From: Macrostomum lignano
Taxonomy: Eukaryota
DNA length: 64,000 nt
Assembly: GCA_002269645.1 (NCBI GenBank)
Contig: NIVC01001728.1
Location: 1-64,000, forward strand
Direction of reading: 5' to 3'
Position numbers and translations under genes: made by a program. Below, one piece after another: positions 1 through 10,400 of this stretch (position 1 is its first letter; the number at the start of each line of letters is the position of its first letter). Below the pieces are notes generated by a model, which made no database searches, was not told where the DNA came from, and saw only the letters and a program-made list of their open reading frames with translations.

Positions 1-1
1 G

Positions 2-718
2 AACCCAGTCATCGAGCTGAATGTCGGGCGTGTCATCTTTGCCACCACGCTGGAGACGCTGCGGAGCGAGTCCGACAGCCTTCTGGCCGAGTGGTTTCAA
101 CAGCCGGAGAGGCACCTGGCCAAGGACAGCCAGGGCCGCTTCTTCATCGACCGGGACGGCCAGGCGTTCGGCCAGCTGCTCAACTGCCTTCGCGATGGCG
201 GCGACGCCCCCGTGGTGGTCTCCTCGTCCAGCATCTGCAGCCGACTCCGACTGCGCACCGAGGCCACCTTCTACGGCTTGAAAGGCGTCCTGGCGTCGTT
301 GGACCGCGGCTGTCCGCAGCCGGGCTTCGACGCTGCCGGCCCCGCGTCCGCCTGCATCACCGTCGGCTACCGCGGCACCTTCGCCTTCGGACGCGACGGC
401 CTCGCCGACGTGAAATTTCGCAAGCTGACGCGCATCCTGGTGGCCGGGCGCATCTCTCTGTGCCGCCAGGTGTTCGGCGACACGCTGAACGAGAGCCGCG
501 ACCCGGACCGCGGCGAGGACGACAGGTACACCAGCCGGTTCTTTCTCAAGCACAACATCCTTGAGCAGGCCTTCGAGATGCTGTACGACGCCGGCTTCAG
601 CATGGTGGGCTCCTGCGGCTCCGGCACCAACAGCAGCATGACGGACGTGAAGCCGGGCCAGGACAACGAGGAGACGAAGTGGCAGCACTACAATGAGTTT
701 GTGTTCGTCAGGAACTGA
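2..718 (+). CDS. KCTD8/12/16-like BTB/POZ (T1) + H1 domain protein, 5'-partial (start upstream of window), no intron in the visible part
   Basis: Frame from nt 2 is open to TGA at 716-718: NPVIELNVGRVIFATTLETL..DSLLAEWF..KDSQGRFFIDRDG..F..LL..LRDG (T1 motif), then ITVGYRGTFAFGRDGLADVKFRKLTRILV..FGDTLNESRDPDR..RYTSRFFLKH..LEQAFEML..F..VGSC..WQHYNEFVF (H1 domain of the KCTD8/12/16 clade). The track ORF 212-718 is its 3' part. Confidence 0.93.
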   Translation, partial: NPVIELNVGRVIFATTLETLRSESDSLLAEWFQQPERHLAKDSQGRFFIDRDGQAFGQLLNCLRDGGDAPVVVSSSSICSRLRLRTEATFYGLKGVLASLDRGCPQPGFDAAGPASACITVGYRGTFAFGRDGLADVKFRKLTRILVAGRISLCRQVFGDTLNESRDPDRGEDDRYTSRFFLKHNILEQAFEMLYDAGFSMVGSCGSGTNSSMTDVKPGQDNEETKWQHYNEFVFVRN

Positions 719-1061
719 CAGCTCCTGTTTCAGAAGAGAAATTCAAACTAGCTGTTGAAGAGTGATTTCAAATTGGTTTTAGACTACTCATTTAACTGTC
801 ACTTTTAATGTCTGTAGTATTTAATTATTGCCCATGAAATGGAAATATATTTTCCGCTCATTTCTAGTCTTCTAGATCACATTAATAACTCTATCAGCTC
901 TTCAACCAAAGCTTTCATTGCTTCTTCGCTACGAGCTGCTCTACTTCAAGTAATATTTGATGGATACGAAATGATTAATGATAGTCTGTCGGTTTGTAAG
1001 TTAAAAGGTCACCGCATCCGCGAGTGAAGGGCGGCGACAGAAGTAGCTACTCGTAGGGGAG

Positions 1062-1540
1062 AGGCGCCAAACAGAAGATGAAAAAGGGCGCCAAACAGAA
1101 GATGAAAAAGGGCGCCAAACAGAAGATGAAAAAGGGCGCCAAACAGAAGATGAAAAAGGGCGCCAAACAGAAGATGAAAAAGGGCGAAGGGCGCCAAACT
1201 GAAAGAGAAAAAGCGCCAAAACGAATGATAAGGAGGGCGCCAAACTGAAAGGGAAAAAAGACCTTTTTCCGTTCGGCGCCAAACCGGGCGGCGCCAAACT
1301 GAAAGGGAAAAGGATGCCAAACAGAATATTAAAAAAGGCACCAAACCAAAAGAGAAAATGGGCGCCAAACTAAAAAATATATAAGAGGTGCCAAATCAAA
1401 ATAGAAAAAAAGCGCCAAACCGAAAGAAAGGGCGCCAAACTGAGGGTGAAAAGAGGCGCCCAAATGGAAAAAAGAAGGTGGCGGGAATCTTATCTGGAAA
1501 AGGACGCCAAACAAACGAGAAAGAGGCGCCATAGACAGAG
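1062..1540. repeat. GGCGCCAAAC-core repeat cluster, with five near-perfect ~23-bp units (GGGCGCCAAACAGAAGATGAAAA) followed by degenerate units
   Basis: ggcgccaaac recurs more than 15 times, all in one orientation; resembles subterminal repeats of a non-autonomous DNA element. Confidence 0.85.
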
Positions 1541-2388
1541 GAAGTCGCGTCAGAACTCGACAGACTTTACTGCAGCCATTCAAACCGGCCGCAAGTCGCA
1601 AGCGAGAGCCAGCTGGCACAGGAAGACAGTCTGCATGGGCACAGGACCGGGTACGCGCTGGTGTCACTCGCAAACTCGCCGAAACTAATGAAGCTTCAGC
1701 CAAAAAGCTTGCTGTTTCTAAGAAAACTAGAAAATCAATTGGCCAATTCTCATCAGGGCAGCTGTCACCTGGAGCCGCCTGGCCGCAACAGACATTCCTC
1801 AGTTCTCAAAGCTTAACTTCTCCCATAAGTTCCTTGCTGGGCCACTGTTGGGAAATAAAGCCAAGAAGCTTTTAATTAAATTACGCTGTCAGCAACAGAA
1901 CGAAGCAGGACAAAAAGAATTTTCTGAATAAAAGTGCAGCCAGACAGAGAAACACCGCGGGTACCTGTGGATATACAGCACATAAAAGAGGTTCTCGTAC
2001 AACTTTGGCTGGGGCAAAACGGCTACTGCAGTGCAGGATTATATTTACGTAGTTGATGGATGACTGCATTGCTGCTTCTGAAGCCAGAATCCATCATTCT
2101 CTGGCTCAACTAGCTGAATATTTTGTGTTTCTGAGAGCCCTGCAGTCTCCTGAGAAGGTTTTTAGCAGAATTCTACCTGTTCAAACAGCATTAGTGCCGC
2201 GACCGGTTAGAGAGCATGCTAGAGTACATTGGTGTTTGATTTGGTCTTGAGTTCACGAACTCTGACGCATGCAGCTAAAGTATTAATCAGATGGGATATT
2301 GTTCCCATGCACGAGACTATCGACATCTACTCCTATGTAGTCAAAATACCACTCCTAATCCGCCCTCAGAGAATCCGTGTTGAAAAAG

Positions 2389-2727
2389 CACTCCCAATCC
2401 ACAGAGAATCATTCCAGTCCACAGAGAATCACACCCAATTAACAGAGAATCACACCCAATCCACAAAGAATCACCCAATCCACAGAGAATCACTCCCAAT
2501 CCACAGAGAATCACTCCCAATCCACAGAGAATCACTCCCAGTCCGCAGAGAATCATTCCCAGTCCACAGACAATCACTCCCCGTCCACAGAGAATCACCT
2601 CCAATCCACGGACAATCACTCCAATCAACAGAGAATCACTCCCAATCAACAGAGAATCACTCCCAATCAACAGAGAATCACTCCCAGTCCACAGAGAATC
2701 ACTCCCAATCCACAGTCACTCCCAATT
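2389..2727. repeat. 21-bp minisatellite (CACAGAGAATCACTCCCAATC)n
   Basis: About 15 units; explains the repetitive ORFs 2229-2768 and 2341-2670. Confidence 0.9.
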
Positions 2728-4049
2728 TAAAAAGAGTCACTTCTAGCGCCACCCTAATAACCCGCTAAAACGAATTCAATGCTTGAATAAAAATAATGAG
2801 TTCAGAACACTTCCCTTCCGAGTCTCCATGGATACTTACTGACTGCGTCACCGACTCTGCTGTTTTGGCTCGAACTGAGACACCCCACTTAATCACGGTT
2901 TAAAACCCGTAAGGATAGATCAAGCACAGCCCCACAAAATCTTCCTGACAAGACGAGAATTAAATTTAATCGATAGTTTAAAAAAGCCTTTCAACGCTTG
3001 GAAAAGAGTGACTTCGGCCTTCTTTATTGTATTTTTAATGACGATTCGCAATTCCTACCATGCAGTATTGCCTTCAAGCTGGTAAACCCGGTATGCCATG
3101 CTCAAATTCAGTCAGAATTCTTATCATTCATAATTAACGAATACCGCTAATCATCTCTTACAGGAGCTTAGCGAAGCGTTGTCAATGCCTATTCAAGTAA
3201 AACAAGTAAACTTTACTGTGTGACAGTAGCTGGCCGCCTGTATCTGTTAGGAATAATTCTCAATAATTCATTAGACGTTTCGAAGAAACGTATGTTTGAG
3301 CCAAAACCTCTAAGGTACGGAGCGATCTAGAGCCAAGGCTGAATTATTAACATCCGTGATGCTACTCCATCATTTCTTCTTATGCGTCTGCATTGAAAAA
3401 AACTTCCATTTTTAACAAGGTTTCTTTAAAGAGTTCGCGATGCTTTTTCATAGAAACATAAAAAGGCCGAAATGTGCGTGTTGTACTCCATGACTGTTTT
3501 TAATGAGCTGAGAATGGGACATTGGGGTGTCAGATGGGTTGATATTGGTGTCAGGTGTGTTAACATTGATGGCCATGTTGGTGTCAAAAGGGGCAAGCAT
3601 TGTGCCGAAATGATAAGCTACAACAAAAAACACATTTACGATTGTAAACTGTAAACTGTAAACTGTTCTTTAACAAGAAAATATTCTTTCACAGTTATAT
3701 TTTTAGCAAAAAATCGCAACACACTATTTTAAGAATATAAAAGGAGACTGCAAAAAACTGCAAATAATATCGTAAGTGAAAAAAATAATGAAAAAATAAA
3801 TAAACTAAATAGCTATCGATAACAACTGAAATGCAACATGAGCGTTAAAATATTATTACTTGTAGAGTTACTGTGTGCGTTAGCTGTCTCGCTTAACTTT
3901 TCTCCAAATAAAAACAATACAATACTATTTTATTATTATTTTCTAAACGAAAAACTTCGTGATTTCTGAAAACCAGAAAACTATCAACCTAAACTATTAA
4001 GTGGGGTAGGCGTCTGGTCCATTCAGTTTTACGAGGTAGGTAGGGGGTT

Positions 4050-4420
4050 GGAAAGCTACGGAGTGGGGTGGGGCGTCTGTCCAATCAGTTTTCGGGAGGG
4101 GGTAGGGAAGCTACGGAGTGGGGTGGGGCGTCTGGTCCAATCAGTTTTCGGGAGGGGGTAGGAAAGCTACGAGTGGGGTGGGGCGTCTGGTCCGATCAGT
4201 TTTCGGGAGGGGTAGGAAAGCTACGGAGTGGGGTGGGGCGTCTGGTCCAATCAGTTTTCGGGAGGGGGTAGGAAAGCTACGGAGTGGGGTGGGGCGTCTG
4301 GTCCAATCAGTTTTCGGGAGGGGGTAGGAAAGCTACGGAGTGGGGTGGGGCGTCTGGTCCAATCAGTTTTCGGGAGGGGGTAGGAAAGCTACGGAGTGAG
4401 GTGGGCGTCTGGTGGGGGTA
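4050..4420. repeat. ~55-bp G-rich minisatellite (GGAAAGCTACGGAGTGGGGTGGGGCGTCTGGTCCAATCAGTTTTCGGGAGGGGGTA)n
   Basis: About 6.5 units immediately 3' of the PHKA stop codon. Confidence 0.92.
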
Positions 4421-4464
4421 GGAAAGCTATACGTTGTGGGGTGGGTGCCACTTACAGAGCTCCC

Positions 4465-7400
4465 TCACTGCACCAGGCAGTCGATACAGGCGTGCCCGCT
4501 CTCGCCCTGAGGAATTTCCACAAAGTCGGGCATGGCTCTGGCCAGATAGGTCAAAGTGCCGTATCTTCCGCTGGGCGCTGAGTCGTAGAAGTGCAAGCAG
4601 ACGCCGCATGCGCCACCGCAATGCAGGCGCGCAGTCTCGCTCAGCCAGTAGTTGCTATCGAAGTCGCGGCGGTTGATGACTCGCTCAACGCAGCAGCGAT
4701 TGGCATCGCCTCTCTGCTCAGCCTGGTCCAGCAGGAACAGCCAGTTGGCGCGATGAACCAGCTGCTCAACCTGAAGCACGAGCCAAGAGATTGATCCGGC
4801 CGGCTGGGTCCACTTCAGGCAGGCGGACCAGCAGGCTGAGGGCTTCCACAATTAGCTGGCGATATTCTGGCACCGGCACGCGGGTGATAATAGACTCCAC
4901 CTGCGTAAGGCATTTACAGTACATGAAATTAGGTATAGAGCAGGGTCGGCAAACTCCGGCCCGTGGGCCATGGGCCACAAAGACCCTCGGGTCTTTTGAA
5001 ACTTCACAATAGCAATCTGTCCCGCTTCCAGTATATGTCTCTTCTCAGCTCTCTTCTTTTTTCTCCCCTCTCCTCTTTTCTCTCTCTCTTCTCTTCTTAT
5101 CTCTCTCTTCTCTTCTCTTCTCTCTCCACTTTTCCTCTTCTCCTCTCCCCTCTCCTTTCTCCCCTCTCCTCTCTTCTCTCTCATCTCCCCCTACCCACTC
5201 TTCTTTCATGTCCCATCTCCTCTCTTGTCTCTCATCTCCCCTCCGCTCTCTTCTCCTCTTCTTTTTTCTCTCTTCTTCTCCTCTTCTCCTCTCCCCTCTC
5301 CTTTCTCCCCTCTCCTCTTCTCTCTCTCACCTTCCCTCTCCTCTCTTCTCTCTCATCTCCCCCTCCCCACTCTTTTCTTTCATGTCCATCTCCTCTCTTG
5401 TCTCTCATCTCCCCTCCGCTCTCTTCTCCTCTCTTCTCTCTCTCTTTTCTTCTTTTCTCTCCTCTTCTCCGCTTCTCCTCTTCTCCGCTTCTCCTCTTCT
5501 CCGCTTCTCCTCTCCCCTCTCCTTTCTCCTCTCTCATCTCTTCTCTCTCATCTCCCTCTCCCCTCTTTTCTCCCCACTCCCCTTCCCGTTCTCCTCTCCC
5601 TCTTCTCTCATCTCATCTCTCTGACTCGCAGTCAAGCCCTAGAGAAAAGTTTAAGTTAAAACAGTTTGCCCCTGCTCCAGAGCACAATTTTTATGGAGAG
5701 GCGAAGACAGCCAGTTGCCCAGTGCAACCCCCCCCCTACCTGCAGGGCAAATTTGACCTCCCCGGCGGTCATTTCGCGCGTGAGATGCTGGCCGATGACT
5801 TCGCCTCGAATGCTGAGCCCGTCCGTCCGTTCAATGAGTCGCCAGATGTTATTGTAGAAGCCGCTCGGCACGCGGTTGAGAGCGCCGTCAATTTTTCGCC
5901 GACGAATCCACTGGCCGCCCCGGCAGCTGGAGCTGTCCGCCGCCTCGGCTGGCTGGCCAGCAACCGAATCAATTCTCTTGCCCTGCTCCTAGAAGCAAGA
6001 TGTTGTTTGATAAAGGATGCTGGCTAGATATGTAGAAAATTGGCTCCTGGGTTGTCATGCGGTTAACACCTGTGAGGGCCAATCCCAAGGCACAGACAGT
6101 GTACATTCCTGACGATTAGAAAATCAGGGCCGCTGTACACCCAAGGACTACTCAAGTATGGCTGAAAATTTGCCTGACAATATGGCAGCCATATCGCAAC
6201 TCCTCCAGAAGACTCACCGCTTGCAAAGCGAACAGCACTGCATCCGAGCTCATAGTTGGACTGGCATCGGCGATTGCAGAGCCCGCGGCTGTTTGTGCGG
6301 CGGTACTGACGACAACCAGGCTGGGTGCGAACGGCACCGGCGAGGACCGCTGGCTCTGACGGCGCTGCTGCAGTGAGCGGCCCATCTCGGTCTCGTTGCG
6401 CGACAAGATGCACAGACGGGCCTGGTCGCCAAGTCCGACTTGAGCGTGTGTGGCAGTGTGCAGGGGTGTTGCAGAGTTGCCATGAGCAAAATTTCTAACA
6501 AATATACATTATATGTGTCATTATTTCGTCACATAGGAGAATCATTGGAAAGAAATGGATTAATTTCTGTAATACACTGGGCTGCCGCGACGCTACCGCT
6601 CAAACATGGTTGCTGCGAGGCCAATGATGAAACGTGGTTTTTGTGATATGCCAATATCGAAATGCTCATGTTTCAGAATTCATGTACAATCCGTAAGGTC
6701 GATATACTTGAAGTATACGAGTATAGCCATCAGGTCATTGGGTAGTAGGCTATAGGTTTAGGTAGCAAAAATATAATTAGCACGCAATCATGATTAGCTT
6801 ACTATACTCGGCTCGAAATTCTTTGCCACTAAGCAAATAGTGAAGCAAAGTTTTCATTGCGAACGGGCTTAGGCTAAGCAGATGTTCCGTAGCTTCGTCC
6901 GCTGAAAATTAAAATTAAAATTTGCTTACTGTTTTGTAAGCAATGATAGAAACACTGAGTGAGGTGGGTGTCGGGGTAGGAATTTAAGGCGGAGTGAGGT
7001 TGGTGTCGGGGTAGGAATTTAAGGCGGAGTGAGGTGGGTGTCGGGGTAGGAATTTAAGGCGGAGTGAGGTACGTGTCGGGTAGGAATTTAAGGCGGAGTG
7101 AGGTGGGTGTCGGGTAGGAATTTAAGGCGGAGTGAGGTACGTGTCGGGTAGGAATTTAAGGCGGAGTGAGGTGGGGTCGGGGTAGGAATTTAAGGCGGAG
7201 TGAGGTGGTTGTCGGGTAGGAATTTAAGGCGGAGTGAGGTGGGTGTCGGGTAGGAATTTAAGGCGGAGTGAGGTACGTGTCGGGTAGGAATTTAAGGCGG
7301 AGTGAGGTGGGTGTCGGGGTAGGAATTTAATGAGGTTACGTGTCGGGTAGGAATTTAAGGCGCAGTGATGTGGGTGTCGGGTAGGAATTTAGGGCGGAGT

Positions 7401-10400
7401 GAGGTGGGTGTCGGGTAGGAATTTAGGGCGGAGTGAGGTGGGTGTCGGGTAGGAATTTAGGGCGGAGTGAGGTGGGTGTCGGGGTAGGAATTTAATGAGG
7501 TTACGTGTCGGGTAGGAATTTAAGGCGCAGTGATGTGGGTCAGTCTTGGCCAGCATGCTGAGGTACACAAGAATCTCTTGAGTTAGCATGCCCAGCGTGA
7601 TGTCGTTGCCACAGGCGCTCTTGATTAAATCGGCCAGTACAGCGGACGATTTCGGCGAGGTTAAAACGCAGTCCTCTGGCTCTGGCGGTAACCCGATGGT
7701 GACTTGTTTCTGACGGACCAGCAGATCCGTGAGACAGATTGGTAGAGTTTCAACGCGCTTGTCAAGCATTCCAGCCGTATAGCGGACCAGCCACCACTGC
7801 TTGAGACTGCCGGCGTGCTCGTACAGCTCCTTGACCAGGTCCCGAACTGTCGTTGGAGCACCGTTTTTGTCTCGCCAGCCTGTGTCGTAGCTGGGGCCTC
7901 TGTGGGTTTATGTAGTTTATATTGTGCTTTATATGCTTTAAACGTATGCCTTATAGCTGTATTTATTATCCGACGGTCTGAATGCTATATTATCTGATGG
8001 TCTGGATGCTATATTATCTGATGGTCTGGATGCTATATTATCTGATGGTCTGGATGCTATATTATCTGATGGTCTGGATGCTATATTATCTGATGGTCTG
8101 GATGCTATATTATCTGATGGTCTGGATGCTATATTATCTGATGGTCTGGATGCTATATTATCTGATGGTCTGGATGCTATATTATCTGATGGTCTGGATG
8201 CTATATTATCTGATGGTCTGGATGCTATATTATCTGATGGTCTGGATGCTATATTATCTGATGGTCTGGATGCTATATTATCTGATGGTCTGGATGCTAT
8301 ATTATCTGATGGTCTGGATGCTATATTATCTGATGGTCTGGATGCTATATTATCTGATGGTCTGGATGCTATATTATCTGATGGTCTGGATGCTATATTA
8401 TATTATCTGATGGTCTGGATGCTATATTATCTGATGGTCTGGATGCTATATTATCTGATGGTCTGGATGCTATATTATCTGATGGTCTGGATGCTATATT
8501 ATCTGATGGTCTGGATGCTATATTATCTGATGGGCTGGAGGGCTCTAATCACGCCCGGATTCTTACCTAGATGTGTATAGGTGATAAACTATATCGAACT
8601 GTTCGTAAAGCAGTTCCGATTGTTCCAATCTGGCCAGCAAGCTGTCTTCCCCAATTTCGGCTAGAGAAGCGCACGAATTGCGTCGCTTTTCCAGTGTTCG
8701 GTGATTGAAGGCTCGGCCGCCGGCCGCGCTCTGATCTGATGCGCCGATTACCATGCTGGACAAAGAGCTACCTGAGCTGCTCTCCAAAGACATCGGCTGG
8801 CGGAGCTTGCGATAGGCTGGCGCTGTGGTGAAGAATTTGGTTGCACATCGGAACTTGAACACCCGCTTTTCTTTTCTGTGCGCCAGTCACCCATCCCACT
8901 CTGCTTTTCTTTTCTGTGCGCCAGTCACCCACTTCACCTTGCTGCCCATACCTACCTCAATAACCCACCTCAATAACCACCCACCCACGTCTGCCTATTC
9001 CCCCTAGTCGCCCACCCCACCCCGGCTAGTCTATCTCACACATTAGGTTAGCATTAGTATTAGGTTTAAGTTGTCAAAGCGAACAAAGGCAAACAAAAAA
9101 ATACCGTCGTCTTCTTCCGAGTTCCACAGGTAAAACGGCGATAACGCTGTAAATTGTGGAAAGTTGGCTACACATAGTTCTTCTATTTTGAAGATAGTTA
9201 ATAGAATAAGAAGTACCTGCGTAAAGTAGTGTGGTTTGGTGAGTGGGGCACGGATAGAAAGAAGAGTGGGGTGGGTGACTAGGGCAGGGATAGACAGCGG
9301 AGTGGGGTGGGTGACTAGGGCAGTGATAGACAGCGGAGTGGGGTGGGTGACTAGGGCAGGGATAAACAGCGGAGTGGGTGGGTGACTAGGGCAGGGATAG
9401 ACAGCGGAGTGGGGTGGGTGACTAGGGCAGGGATAGACAGCGGAGTGGGGTGGGTGACTAGGGCAGGGATAGACAGCGGAGTGGGGTGGGTGACTAGGGC
9501 AGGGATAAACAGCGGAGTGGGTGGGTGACTAGGGCAGGGATAGACAGCGGAGTGGGGTGGGTGACTAGGGCAGGGATAGACAGCGGAGTCGGGTGGGCGA
9601 CTAGGGCAGGGATAGACAGCGGAGTCGGGTGGGTGACTAGGGCAGGGATAGACAGCGGAGTGGGGTGGGTGACTAGGGCAGGGATAGACAGCGGAGTGGG
9701 GTGGGTGACTAGGGCAGGGATAGACAGCGGAGTGGGGTGGGTGACTAGGGCAGGGATAGACAGCGGAGTCGGGTGGGCGACTAGGGCAGGGATAGACAGC
9801 GGAGTCGGGTGGGTGACTAGGGCAGGGATAGACAGCGGAGTGGGGTGGGTGACTAGGGTAGGGATAGACAGCGGAGTGGGGTGGGTGACTAGGGCAGGGA
9901 TAGACAGCGGAGTGGGGTGGGTGACTAGGGTAGGGATAGACAGCGGAGTGGGGTGGGTGACTAGGGCAGGGATAGACAGCGGAGTCGGGTGGGTGACTAG
10001 GGCAGGGATAGACAGCGGAGTGGGTTGGGTGACTAGGGCAGGGATAGACAGCGGAGTGGAGTGGGTGACTAGGGCAGGGATAGACAGCGGAGTTGAAGGA
10101 TGTTGAAGTAAGGACTGCGTATCATCACTATTAATATTAATAAGGAAATATTAGCAAAACATAGTGGCTTACATTCATCCTCTAGTTGCTGCTCTACTGA
10201 TCCAGACTCGATTTCTTTTTTCTCATTTAGCGGTAGTCCGTGCATCTCAGCGGATACTGCGCTGCTGAGCACGCATGATTTCTGCCGCTTCCAAGCTGCA
10301 AACTGTTCCTGTTGCCGGGCTGCTTGAGTGGCCGCCGCCGCTGCCGCCACACTGGCCATTGCGGTCGAAGTTGACGTATCGAACACACTCGAGGTGGGAC

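Noticed and set aside
1550-3250. Possible additional minus-strand gene (splice-like sites near 2840, 2875 and 2170)
   Set aside because: Could not assemble a phase-consistent, stop-free model.
6902-6929. 28-nt GTAAG...TTTTCAG mini-intron with a small upstream exon
   Set aside because: Very short, and the implied exon ([12 protein letters not shown]) has no PHKA similarity; the GTAAG is part of a TTGCTTAC/GTAAGCAA hairpin.
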